From Octopus sinensis (taxonomy: Eukaryota), in contig NC_043006.1 in the NCBI RefSeq assembly GCF_006345805.1, forward strand, positions 69,998,001-70,062,000: a DNA stretch of 64,000 bases, read 5' to 3'. Positions within the stretch are counted from its first letter, which is position 1. Every line of letters starts with the position of its first letter. Position numbers and translations under genes: made by a program. The notes below the pieces were generated by a model. It did not search any database and had not been told where the DNA came from. It saw nothing but the letters and a program-made list of their open reading frames with translations. Positions 39,287 to 54,276 of this stretch are shown one piece after another.

Positions 39287-39677
39287 ATCCTCTCCTTCCG
39301 GCCCAACTAAAGCTACCAATGGCTTGAGTGGAACTGGAAGGAGAGAATAGAATATAATTTATTGACTGAGCTGGTAAAGTATCAGAGAAGAATGTAGCGT
39401 TTCGTTTGCTCTAATTGTCTGGGTTCTGAGTTAAAATTCTCCGTTTTAAGATTCATCTAGTCGATCTCGATCATTGTGATCTTGTAAGGCTGGACGTCGA
39501 TCTCAGATCTGGTATAAAATTCGTTAAGAGAACAATGGACCTCTCGTCCGAATGCTTGCAACAGAGTGAACGTTGCTCTAGGCCAAAGACCACAAGGACC
39601 TTCTTGCTGTTGTCGTTGTTCTGGTTGTTGTTGTTGTTGTTGTTGTTGCTGTCATCGTTGTTGAAGCTGTTGCTCTT

Positions 39678-39741
<64 letters not shown>

Positions 39742-39789
39742 TATTATTATTATTATTATTATTATCATATTATTATTATTATTATTATA

Positions 39790-42074
<2,285 letters not shown>

Positions 42075-42407
42075 TACTTCTTGCCGTTGTACATTTTCTT
42101 GTTCTTGTGATTGTTGTTGCCCTGTTGTCTTCATCGTCGTTGTTAGTGGTTGTGGTGGTTGTGGTGGTGGTGGTGGTGGTGGTGGTGGTGGCTAATATCG
42201 TTTATTATCAGCCTAACTCTTATCAAAAAGCATTCCAGTCACAAACATTGTTTCTAAACCCCTTTTTTTTTTCCTTTTATTTCGACCATAGTGCATCTCG
42301 GAGTAAGTTATCCAAAGTTACATTCATTTAGTTCTTTTCTTTCTTCAGCGTGATTAAAGTGAAATGATTTAGCTGTTATTTCTCGCAGATCGAACAATTA
42401 CAAAGAG

Positions 42408-42446
42408 AATTCCAAATTGGCGTCAGGTGGACGCCAATTTGGAATT
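42408..42446. repeat. Perfect 17-bp inverted repeat with 5-nt loop
   Basis: AATTCCAAATTGGCGTC-aggtg-GACGCCAATTTGGAATT. Confidence 0.95.
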
Positions 42447-42704
42447 GGACGTTTTAGTATCATTCGCAGACTTACAACCGATAGTACAGAACGTATACCA
42501 CGTGATAAAATCAGCCAGACTCAGATTTGTCTAAGGTTCTTTTAAGTATCTTCTCCCACCTTTTGTTTTTCTTTTTCTAATTCAATTCTGGTGGAGCTAT
42601 TTCACATAAAATTTCTACAGAGTCTTTTGTTGTTCTTATATTTTGGTTGTGAAGTCTAAGCATTCATTCCATTGCCGGCTGTTTAAATGCTATAAAACAA
42701 CCTA

Positions 42705-42750
42705 CGCATGTATGTATGTATGTATGTATGTATGTATGTGTGTATGTATG

Positions 42751-42781
<31 letters not shown>

Positions 42782-42806
42782 TGTATGTATGTATGTAGTG
42801 TGTATG

Positions 42807-42837
<31 letters not shown>

Positions 42838-43100
42838 TGTATGTATGTGTATGTATGTATGTATGTTGTATGTATGTATGTATGTATGTATGTATGTATG
42901 TATGTATGTATGTATGTGTGTATGTGTGTATGTATGTATGTATGTGTGTATGTGTATGTATGTATGTATGTATGTATGTATGTGGTGTGTATGTATGTAT
43001 GTATGTATGTATGTTGTATGTATGTATGTATGTGTGGTGTGTGTGTATGTATGTATGGATGTATGTATGTATGTATGATGTATGTGTGTATGTATGTATT
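42705..43100. repeat. (ATGT)n microsatellite
   Basis: Direct reading. Confidence 0.95.
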
Positions 43101-43315
43101 ACGCAAGTGTATGCGCACATGCATATGTTTGTATTGTGTCTGTGTGTGCCTAATTAATATATATATATATATATAGTATAGTATTTATATATATACACAT
43201 ACACACACACACACACATAATATATATAATATGCGCGTATGTGTTTATGCTGTATGTATATATATATATATGTATATGTGTGTGTGTATACATATTTGTG
43301 TGTGTATGTATGTGT

Positions 43316-43357
<42 letters not shown>

Positions 43358-43774
43358 ATATATATGTATAAACTATGTGCATTTTATAGTATAGTACCTA
43401 TATATGTATATACATACATCACACACACATGCACGCACCCACACATATGCACGCACACATCAAAAGTATGTGTTTCTAATTCGCTTTTGAATATCTGAAA
43501 TGCCAGATTCAATTAAAACATTTCTTACGTCAACGAAGAACACAAGAATGGCAGTAAATATGGAGAGAATATATCTATAAAAAAAAGAAACATAATTGTA
43601 ATCAATCAATGACAGCAACAGCAACAACAACGACAACAACAACAGCAGCAGCAGCAGCAGCAACATTACCATTATCAGCAGCGGATCCAATATTACGAAG
43701 GATAAATTTGAAATTCTTTTAAATTCTAAATCTAGGCTATTTCACCAACATTCTTAGAACTTTGCACTGGGGTG

Positions 43775-43808
43775 GTGGCGTTAGTAGTAGTAGCAGTAGT
43801 AGCAGTAC

Positions 43809-43846
<38 letters not shown>

Positions 43847-44216
43847 TGGTGGTGGTAGTATTAGTAGTATGGTGATAGTGTTATTAGTAGTAGTGGTAGT
43901 GGTGGTAGTAGTGTCCGTGTGTGCCGGCGGTGGTGGTGGTAGAAAAGGTAGTAGCAGTAGTAGTTGTAGGTTAGTAGTGGTAGTAGTAGTTGTAGTTGTT
44001 GTTGTTGTAGCAGTAGTGTATTTATGGTGGTGGTAATACTAGTAGTAGTAGTGGTGGTGGTGGTGGTGGTAGTAGTAGTGGTGGCAGAAGTAGTTGTGGT
44101 AGTATAGTTGTAATAGTAGTGGTAGTAGTTGTAGTAATTGTTGTTGTGGTGGTTGCAGTAGTAGTGTGCTGATGGTGGTAGCAGCAGTAGCAGCAGCAGC
44201 AGCAGTAGTAGTAGTA

Positions 44217-44249
<33 letters not shown>

Positions 44250-44251
44250 CC

Positions 44252-44285
<34 letters not shown>

Positions 44286-45104
44286 TAGTAGCAGTAGCAG
44301 TAGCAGTAGCTGTAGTAGTAATTATTGTTTACAACGTCGTTGCGATTATTGTTGACGTCCTCGTTTAGCTTTTGTCGCCGCCGTCGTTGTCCGTATCGTT
44401 GTTGTTATTGTTGATGCTGTTGTTGTTGTTGTTGATGACGTTGTTATTGTTGATCTTGTTCTTGTTGATGGTGTTACTGTCATTGTTGATCTGGTCGTCG
44501 TAACCGCTTTCGTTATCGTTGTTGTTGTTGTTGCCGTTAATATTTTCTTTTGTTGCAGCTTTAGCTTATTTTTATGTTTTTACTATTAAACTTTTGATGC
44601 CATTGTTATTACTTGCCTTTATTTATATAGTTGTTGTTGTTGTTGTTATTGCTCTAGTTATTGTAATTATTGCTTTTGTTGTTGCAGGCTTCACTGTATT
44701 TTCTTTCTTTATTTTTTGTTTCGTTTTTGCTGTTTAACTCTTGTTGTTGTTATTGTTGTAGTTGTTTTTGTGCAACTGTGTATGATGTTCTTGGCTGCAG
44801 CTGTTCATTTTTGTGGCAGTTGTTCTTTTTATCTCGATAGATTTAGTTACAAGTCTCGTTATTTTGTTGTTGTTGTTGCTGTTGTTGCAGTTGGAAGTGG
44901 TGGTGGTGGTGGTGGCGGCGAGTGCATAATACTCACATCAGAATGACGAAATGAAATGGTTTTTGCCATGACAACTGCCTTTAAGAACGAAACCCAACCT
45001 CCACATATATACCGAAACAAAATAGCAGTTGTTGACTGAGATTGACGACACATACTCACCGCCGCCATCATCACCGCCGTCACTGTCATCACGTCCTCCC
45101 CCCC

Positions 45105-45138
<34 letters not shown>

Positions 45139-45655
45139 CATCCTCACCGCCATCATCATCACCGTCACTGCCATCATTGTCCTCATCATTATCACCATCA
45201 TCGACATCATCGTCATCACCACCATCGACATCGTCATCGTCGTCATCATTATCATCCTCCTCATCATCATCATCAGCAGCAGCAGCAGCAGCTACAGAGC
45301 AACATCATTATCATCATCGCCATCACCGTCGTCATCATCATCATCATCATCCTCATCGCCGCCGCCGCCACCGTTGTCGTCGTCACCAACGTCATCAGGT
45401 TCTTCGTACTGGTTACGATATTGGTAAAAATCTTCTTTATGCTTCGATATTGATCGCGGTGCCGTTTCTTGAGGATGACAATACAAAAATATTAACAACA
45501 ACAACAACGACCACAGCAACAACAAAAATAACAATAACAACAACAAAAAGAAGCAGAAGAAGAAGAAGAAGAAGAAGAAGAAGAAGAAGAAGAAGAAGAA
45601 GAAGAAAGAAGAAGAAGAAGAAGAGAAGAAGAAGAAGAACAACAACAACAACAGC

Positions 45656-45718
<63 letters not shown>

Positions 45719-45720
45719 TC
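43775..45720. repeat. ~2-kb trinucleotide mosaic: (TAG)n, (GTT)n, (CAT)n, (AAC)/(AAG)/(AAT)n
   Basis: Direct reading. It produces the homopolymeric ORFs at 44519-45792. Confidence 0.9.
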
Positions 45721-46113
45721 AGAAAAAGTATAGATTTTGTTAAAAAAAATGTTCCAATATATTTGTAGGATTATTATTCTACGATGCGTCATATAAGCGG
45801 AAAATCCAGCATTGATGTCGTTTTACGCTTTAATTCAAGTACATCTATATTTTGCATGAAAGCGAATTCTTACATGTTTATTATCATTTTTCTTTGAGGG
45901 GGTGAGGAAGGGGGTTGTAAATTTCTGATTTCAGAACGTTTCTGGTAATGGTCAAGTTTTAGATTATCACGGAAAAAAAAGAGAAAGAAAATATTTTAAA
46001 AATTTATGTTAAAGAATAATAATGCAATCCTAAATAAATTATGTACAGCAAAACAAGGTTTAGTAAATGGGAGAAATTCAGGAAAAGGAATTCTTAATAA
46101 GTATGCAGATATG

Positions 46114-46232
46114 GCTTACGGCCATATTACGCTGAAAGCACCTCGTTCTCGTCCGATCACCAAAGTTAAGCAACTTCGAGCCTAGTTAGTACTTAGATGG
46201 GTGACTGCTTGGGAAACCTAGGTGCTGTAAGC
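46114..46232 (+). rRNA. Dispersed 5S rRNA copy, probably a retropseudogene
   Basis: 119 nt GCTTACGGCCAT...GATCACC.AAGTTAAGCA...TTAGTACTT.GATGGGTGAC...GGTGCTGTAAGC with terminal stem GCTTACGGC/GCTGTAAGC. It is a single copy with no run of 4 or more T immediately downstream. Confidence 0.9.
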
Positions 46233-46243
46233 GTCACACATTT

Positions 46244-46387
46244 ATAGGCGTAGGAGTGGCTGTGTGGTAAGTAGCTTGCTTACCAACCATATGGTTCCGG
46301 GTTCAGTCCCACTGCGTAGCACCTTGGGCAAGTGTTTTCTACTGTAGCCTCGGCGACGACCAAAGCCTTGTGAGTGGATTTGGTATG

Positions 46388-46466
<79 letters not shown>

Positions 46467-46686
46467 TTGTGTGTGTGTGTGTGTGTTTGTACTCCCAGCA
46501 TCGCTTGACAAACCGATGCTGGTGTGTTTACGTATCCGTAACTTAGTGGTCCGGCAAAACGAGACTGATAGAATAAGTACTAGACTTCCAAAGAATAATT
46601 TCTGGGATAGATTTGCTCGACTAAAGGCAGTGCTCCTGCATGGCCGCAGTCAAATGACTGAAACAAGTAAAAGAATTGAAGAAAGA

Positions 46687-46695
<9 letters not shown>
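46244..46695 (+). mobile_element. SINE family A directly downstream of the 5S copy
   Basis: Starts ~12 nt after the 5S 3' end. Internally shortened head region, (GT)n tract, tail merging into (GA)n. Confidence 0.9.
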
Positions 46696-46758
<63 letters not shown>

Positions 46759-47704
46759 ATAATAATGCAATCCTAAATAAATTATGTGCTGCAGAATAAG
46801 GTTTAGTAAATGGGAGAAATTCAGGAAAAGGATTTTTAATAAGAATGCAGATATAAAAGAATCTGTGTGTCTTTTATTATTTATTAGAGACTTTTATTAT
46901 CCGGCGTGGATTCGCTCGATATTTTATTAACTGGCTTGAGTTCGCTCGGCAACGAAAGCAAGTCAGATCAGTAGCGGATTCTGTTTGTTTAAATCATGTT
47001 ACGAAAGCTGCAGGAAGAAACTGCGTTCGTAGCTAGGAACCTGCGAAAAGCGACACGTGCTGCAGCTTATAAATGATTGGCGGAGCATAGTGCTAATCAG
47101 CTGCGTGACACACCACAAACGAATGGTCGTTTGGAGCCGATATCGTGAGTAAAATGAAAGTCTATCAGATTATGTGGTTTACAGAACAAACCAGGGTTTT
47201 GAGCTACTTTTCCGGATTCATTTTCGATGAAACTGAAAATCAACTACAGCGTTCAAGTAGACTGTTGTTCACACATGGTTACCAAGCACACACAAAAAAA
47301 AAGGTTTGATTTGTCTGTTGTCTGTAATTTAGGGGGCATCCCATTCATAGCAGATATGTCTAGTATTTCTTTGGTAGGCACTTGAGAAGGTTATTGTCTG
47401 CAAAGTTTTTAAGTATCACTCATTAAGTCAAGTCTAGCATTATGATCGTGTAGGACGGCTGAGGGCGAAGCAATGCAAGAAGGCGGCATTAGCAGACTGG
47501 ATGAATGTGGTGCCTAGCAAACTTTCTCTATTTAATTATCATGCTAAGAATCTGTAAAATGTAAGTGATGACGCGTAATTATAAACTGAAACAATGTGCA
47601 GCTGTATCTGACAGCAGTGCATTCAAGGATTCCTGTCAAAAGTAAAATCAGACAGCGAAACACTCAATTCCTGAATGAGAAATTCTTTTATGAAATTAAT
47701 CTTT

Positions 47705-48485
47705 TCTACTCTAGGCACATTTATGGGGAAGGAGCCAGTCGATTAGATCGACTCCAGTACGCAACTGGTACTTAATTTATCGACTCCGAAAGGATGAAAG
47801 GCAAAGTCGGCCTCAGCGGAATTTGAACTCAGAACGTAACGGTAGACGAAATACTGCTAAGCATTTCGCCCGGCGAGCTAACGTTTCTTATTTCTTTACT
47901 GCCCACAAGGGGCTAAACACAGAGAGGACAAACAAGAACAGACAAACGGATTTAGTCTATTATATCGATCCCAGTGTGTTACTGGTACTTATTTAATCGA
48001 CCACGAAAGGATGAAAGGCAAAGTCGACCTCGGCGGAATATGAACTCAGAACGTAACGGTAGACGAAATACCTATTTCTTCACTACCCACAAGGGGCTAA
48101 ACACAGAGAGGATAAACAAGGACAGACAAACGGATTAAATCGATTATATCGACCCCAGTGTGTAACTGGTACTTATTTAATCGACCACGAAAGGATGAAA
48201 GGCAAAGTCGACCTCGGCGGAATTTGAACTCAGAACGTAACGGTAGACGAAATACCTATTTCTTCACTACCCACAAGGGGCTAAACACAGAGAGGATAAA
48301 CAAGGACAGACAAACGGATTAAATCGATTATATCGATCCCAGTGCGTAACTGGTACTTATTTTATCGACCCCGAAAGGATGAAAGGCAAAGTCGACCTCG
48401 GCGGAATTTGAACTCAGAACGTAGGGGCAGACGAAATACAGCTACGCATTTCGCTCGGCGTGCTAATGTTTCTGCCATCTCGTCG
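47705..48485 (-). mobile_element. SINE family B multimer (184-bp period)
   Basis: Unit boundary TATTTCTT at 47889, 48073 and 48257, plus one further B copy to the left. Confidence 0.9.
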
Positions 48486-48765
48486 CCTTGCGTATTTCAG
48501 TTTCCGTCTACCAAATCCTCTCACAAGTCTTTGGTTGGCCCGAGGCTAAAGTAGAAAAAACTTGACCAAGGTGTCATACAGAGGGACTGAATCCGGAACC
48601 ATGTGGTTGAAAAGCAAGCTTCTCACCACAGCTACTCGTGTGCCTATATATGTTTGGGAGTTTTTTGTTTGTTTTTTAGATACATACATTTATTCATGGA
48701 AGATTATGTTTTCTTTTCCTTTCATGCAAATTATCGCATTTACCCGAACGGCCTGTACAGTGTGT

Positions 48766-49096
48766 GGAGGCGCAATGGCCCAGTGGTTAGGGCAGCGGAC
48801 TCGCGGTCGTAGGATCGCGGTTTCGATTCCCAGACCGGGCGTTGTGAGTGTTTATTGAGCGAAAACACCTAAAGCTCCACGAGGCTCCGGCAGGGATCAC
48901 AACTTTCTCTCATTCTTACTTCCTGTTTCTGTTGTACCTGTATTTCAAGGGGCCGGCCTTGTCACTCTCTGTGTCACGCTGAATATCCCCGAGAACTACG
49001 TTAAGGGTACACGTGTCTGTGGAGTGCACAGCCACTTACACGTTAATTTCACGGATCAACTGGAACCCTCGTCGTCGTAACCGACGGAGTGCTTCC
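48766..49096 (+). mobile_element. tRNA-derived SINE family D
   Basis: A-box TGGCCCAGTGG, B-box-like GGTTTCGATTCCC. Homologs at 55750-56125 and 58793-59045. Confidence 0.85.
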
Positions 49097-49215
49097 ACCA
49101 CTGTACAGGGTGTTCGATTCAGTCTAATTCAGTCTACTTGCGTGAAGAGTCAGCCACTAGCGCGAACATGAAGAGGAATCCATTTGATTCTTTTCATCAA
49201 ACGACTAATTGTTCA

Positions 49216-49615
49216 TCTTTTACTCTTGTACTCTTTTAGTTGTTTCAGTCATTTGACTGTGGTCATGCTGGTGCAGCGACTTTAGTCGAGCAAATCGACC
49301 CCAGGACTTATTCTTTGTAAGCCTAGTACTTATTCTATCGGTCGAACCGCTAAGTTACGGGGACCGAAACACACCAGCATCTGTTGTCAAGCGATGTTGG
49401 GTGGACAAACACAGACACACAAACATATATATATATATATATATACGATGGGCTTCTTTCAGTTTCCGTCTACCAAATCCACTCACAAGGCTTTGGTCGG
49501 ACCGAGGCTATATATAGTAGAAGACACTTGCCCAAGGTGCCACGCAGTGGGACTGAACCCGGAACCATGTGGTTCGTAAGCTAGCTACTTACCGCACAGC
49601 CACTCCTACGCCTAT
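49216..49615 (-). mobile_element. SINE family A
   Basis: Full reverse-complement copy. Confidence 0.9.
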
Positions 49616-49992
49616 ATATATCGTCGAGAATGACGGAGAATCCATCCAGCACAATGTCAGAATAAAAGACAGCCTAATCATAGCTGTGATGTCTTCCCCC
49701 ATAGAACTGTCTGTTCATATCATGTCATAGATGCTATGCTCTATATGTTATGGCTCTTGTCAGTCACATGATTAAGCCATGAATGAAATCGGTTGTGACA
49801 AATGACAAACATAACAGAATCGTTATATAGGCGCAGGTGTGGGCGTAGGTTAAAAGAACTTAGTTTCCAATCATGGGGTCGTTTGATCAGTCCTGTAAAG
49901 CGGAACCTTAGGTGTGTGTCTTCTACTTTAATCCCAGGCTGACCAAAGCCATCTGAGTGGATTTGATAGACGGAAACTGAAACCCACCTATT

Positions 49993-50049
<57 letters not shown>

Positions 50050-50179
50050 GTAATGTATGTATATGTAACAACACACGTGTTGTTGGCGATTGTTTTTCCT
50101 TCTTTAGCTTATTCCGTTTTTCTTTCCGACGAAGATTTATGCTAGAAACGTCAAAAACTCTCTTTTTACCGTACATCAA

Positions 50180-50408
50180 ACAAATACATTCCATGTGCAC
50201 GTCCTCTTATCGTTTCTTATTGTTATTTTTAATGTCCGTTAGCCACTAACCCTTTTTTCTATTTTCTCTCCTTGTTTATTTCTGTGTTTCTTTCTGCCGA
50301 AGAGCGTAGGCTCGAAACGTAAAAGTCTGTCTCACTTCCCGAGCGTTAAACTAATACATCTGTTTGTTGTTTACACACCCGTCTTCGTCTATTGTTTTTG
50401 GTAAATTC

Positions 50409-50425
<17 letters not shown>
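50180..50425 (+). mobile_element. Solo PLE 3'-terminal repeat carrying a hammerhead-like motif
   Basis: Homologous to the reverse complement of 14405-14620 and ends in (TA)n. Confidence 0.65.
50290..50325 (+). ncRNA. Minimal hammerhead-like motif (variant core CTGCCGA, GUA triplet)
   Basis: cttt-CTGCCGA-a-GAGC-gtag-GCTC-GAA-ACGT-A-aaag. Confidence 0.5.
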
Positions 50426-50454
<29 letters not shown>

Positions 50455-50466
50455 TATATTTTTTTA

Positions 50467-50878
50467 ATGTTTCAGTCATTTGACTGCGGCCATGTTGGAG
50501 CACCGCCTTTAGTCGAGCAAATTGACCCCGGGACTTATTCTTTGTAAGCCCAGTACTTATTCTATCGGTCTCTTTTGCCGAACCGCTAAGTGACGGGGAC
50601 GTAAACACACCAGCATCTGTTGTCAAGTAATGCTAGGGGGACAAACACAGACACACAAACACATACACACACACTTATGTGTATATATATATATATAATA
50701 TATATATATATACGACAGGCTTCTTTCAGTTTCCGTCTACCAAATCCACTCACAAGGCTTTGGTCGGCCCGAGGCTATAGTAGAAGACACTTGCGCAAGG
50801 TGCCACGCAGTGGAACTGAACCCTGAACCATGTGGTTCGTAAGTAAGTTACTTACCACACAGTCACTCCTACGCCTAT
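50467..50878 (-). mobile_element. SINE family A
   Basis: Full reverse-complement copy. Confidence 0.9.
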
Positions 50879-52260
50879 AAAATTTGTTGAAAAAACTCCG
50901 CAATAATTATACACTACCCCAATACAATAAAGCTGATTAAGGAGACGAAGAAGTTATGGAAATATTTCCGTTTAGAAACCATGAGTATGAGAGTTTATAA
51001 AGCGAGGATTCCCCTATAGGACAAACTAATATAACAGTAAAACCGCTCAGAAAAGAAACCCAAAATCCTCAACGAAATGTAGAATACATCGAACAACACA
51101 GTTCCAGAATAGATTGAATGGTCACGACAGGAAAACATTTGATCGCAATTCAACTGTATCAGAACTGAACTTGGACTAAACAGCAACAATAAATCGTAGT
51201 ACGATATATTTCCTACGGCGTCTTAGGCAGTGCTCGAACCCGTGCTTCAACGTCCGTAGCTCTCAGGGGAGACTATTAACACCGACTGATTGAATAAACT
51301 CGAGCCGAATCAATAGAAGTTTGTGTTGTTGAAAATAACAGCTAAATCTTTCTCAAATAATGCTAGATTTATTCAATCATATAGACAGACGAAAGACTGC
51401 TAAGCATTTTGCCCGGCGTGCTAACGTTTCTGCCAGCTTGCCGCCTAAATATTCTTTTCAACTCTGGGCACAAGGACCGAAATTTTTGAGAAAGGTACCA
51501 GTCGATAATTTATCGCCTTCGAAAGGATGAAAGGCAAAGTCCACCTCGGCGGAATTTGAACTCAGAACGTAAAGACAGACGAAATACAGCTAAATTTTTC
51601 GCCAGGCGTGCTAACGATCCTGCCAGCTCAATACAGCATGATTAGTTAGTTAAAAATGACCGACACGTGTCTCTGCTGCATAGAGTATGTGCACTTGTGT
51701 ATGCAATCCACACTATTCTGCTATGCACCTTCCTGCTATTCACGGTTTTTCCACAAGCGTGGTCCGAATGAACTGAGATTACTAATGCATGGCAAGCTTA
51801 TTTCATTACTCTCCTTTGCCTTAAGGTATAAAAGGAAAGTGAAAGGGGTATCTTGAGATCTAATGTGGTTACAAAATTATTTTGTCTCTGACCTCGTGTT
51901 AACCTTAGTTCTAGGATGAAACTGAGAGTTCTATGTATTAAATTAGGGCAAAGTATATCCGAATGTTCTAATATAGCTTCATCTATGTTAATGGTTCTTA
52001 ACTGGGGTCCATACGGCCTCTGAGGACCCACATAAGATTTGGAGGTGGGAGGTTCAAGTAACAAAATATTAAATTTGAGATCCACAATAGTATTTTAAGG
52101 GCCCCTGAAAAAGCTTTCTTTAGATATATCTATTGGTATGTATCGTGTTTCCACGAAAATAAGACTAGACATATATTAATTGTCACTCCGGAATGACGCA
52201 CTAGTGCTTAGTTTCAGGGAGAGTTCATTTTTTTTTTCATGCACTGAAAAACGACATTAT

Positions 52261-52600
52261 TGAGACCCCCTTCGGTCATGACTGACCATGGGATTGCACC
52301 TAGAAAGTTACCCTCGCAGGCGCAAGTCCAGGCAAGGTTGTTTATGGGAGACCAGCAGTCGCTCATGTATATACCGGCCTCCCCTCTCCACACCACTGAT
52401 GTTATCCAAGGGAAAGGCAAAGGCCGATAAAGCTTGGCATCTGTGACGTCGCAACTCATTTCTACAGCTGAGTAGACTGGAGCAACGTGAAATAAAGTGT
52501 CTTGCTCAAGAACACAACACACAGCCCGGTCCGGGATTCGAACTCACAACCTCACGATCGTAAGCTCGACGCTCTAACCACTGAGCCACGCGCCTTCACC
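52261..52600 (-). mobile_element. SINE family E, full length, nested in pogo
   Basis: Minus head GGCGCGTGGCTCAGTGGTTAGAGCG (A-box) ... GAGTTCGAATCCCGG (B-box). Confidence 0.9.
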
Positions 52601-52730
52601 ACATTACGAAAAACATTACGAAATAGAAAATTAGGAAATTACTAAATAAACAGAAATTACGAAAAGCGATCTACATTTTCATGATGATTTAATTGTTCTT
52701 TTACTCAGAAACTCATTAAGAGTAATTTAT

Positions 52731-54276
52731 TCAAAAAGTCATGTCAATGTCCTCTGGAATGTCATTGTTTTGCGAATCACCGGATTCCAAAATTCCTGCG
52801 GCGTTTTGGTGTGACTCCATTTCCCTGCAGAACTTTTGTCTCCAATCTCTCATGTCAAGCAACAGAGATCTTATTGAATGAGAAGTTCTTGCACAAATAG
52901 CCTGCTCGTAGTGCATTGGCAACACAGCTGTCTGTGATTTTGTTCCATGACTTTATCACCTAAGTCACGACCGCTTGGAGGAGGCTGCGTTTCAAAAAAT
53001 TCTCACACTGATTTCTCGCCATTCTGTTTTTGTAGTCATTGATTCACCTTGCGTAAATAGTCCTTGAATGGTTTATTTATTGCAATGTCAAAAGTCTGAA
53101 GATAGGAAGTCATTCCTGCGGGTATCATGATTTGATCTATTCTTCTTTCTGCAAGGAAGTTCTTCATATCTTTTGTGCGGTGCATGCTGGCTGAATTTCA
53201 GACTATCAGACCCCTTTGGCCTCCTTGAAAAATAAGTGGCAGCATGAAATAATTCCCCTTCCTTAAAACTGCTTGTGTACACCATGCCTTTTCAATTTCC
53301 AGAACACAGGTGCCTGAAACGCGTTCAATTTAATCCTTCCTGCCTTTAGCAATGATTAGAGGTGGGGCTTTACTGCCAACGAGATGAATTGCCAAAATAC
53401 ATGTAACTCGTGCACTTTCGTAACCAGTGGTGGGATTGTAGATTGGCGACGCACCCCTTTGATCAACTGTTGATTGAGATCCTTGGCCTGTGAACGCTGC
53501 AGTTTCATCCATAGCAATCATGTTGGAGAGACGGTATTTAGAAAAATCTATCCCATCAACAAAAGACTTAGATACAAGTGCACGTTTAATAATCTCGGTA
53601 TCTTCCAGCTTGAACAGTATTATCGGCCTTCTCATAGAAAGTTAATGTCCCTGAAGGAAACCAGCCAGCCAGGGTTGTGGTGCCTTGAATTCTTCTGGAA
53701 ATATACTAAACTGCGGTGTATTTGCAAGAGCAAATGCTTGAAAATCAGTCCTGCCAACAACCAAAGCCTTCGCTTCATTGTCAGCAACCCATTCACAGAT
53801 GAGTCTTCCAGCTCAGAAAACGGTGGTTGCTGACCTCATCCACACTTGCGTTTCTTTGTATTTCCCTCGTCCACTTGTTGACTGAGTTTATCGTAGTCTA
53901 CCCGCCATTTTCAAACCATTCGGAAATTCAAACTCTTTTCTTTACAGAAAACAGTAAGATTCTTATTTCTTTATTGCCCACAAGGGGCTAAACATAGAGG
54001 GGACAAACAAGGACAGACAAAGGAATTAAGTCGATTACATCGACTCTAGTACGTAACTGGTACTTAATTTATCGACCCCCAAAAGGATGACAGGCAAAGT
54101 CGACCTTGGCGGAATTTGAACTCAGAACGTAGGGGCAGACGAAATACCGCTAAGCATTTCGCCCGGCATGCTAACGTTTCTGCCAGCTGAATACAGCATA
54201 AACAGTAAGATTCTTGCCCCGTGATTCCTTCACGATTCCTTTCTATTTCTTTCTAACTATTTCTTCTTGCATTCAT
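52731..54276 (-). pseudogene. pogo-family transposase (CENP-B-type HTH plus DDE_1, DD35D spacing)
   Basis: NMIAMDET; TTGYESARVTCILAI...PPLII.KG; LIV*NSAS (expected WDSAS); IPAGMTSYLQTFDIAINKPFKD. There are 35 residues between the 2nd and 3rd catalytic positions. Stops, frameshifts and a SINE interrupt the N-terminus. Confidence 0.85.
53965..54199 (-). mobile_element. SINE family B with 16-bp target-site duplication
   Basis: AAACAGTAAGATTCTT at 53949-53964 and 54200-54215. Confidence 0.9.

Noticed and set aside
44519-45792. Long poly-Ser/His/Ile/Arg ORFs (up to 233 aa)
   Set aside because: They arise from trinucleotide repeats open in several frames on both strands, with no domain content or splice support.
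48766-48845. tRNA-like sequence (also 52525-52600 and 58793-58870)
   Set aside because: No complete cloverleaf or acceptor stem, and each continues into a repeated body. These are SINE heads.
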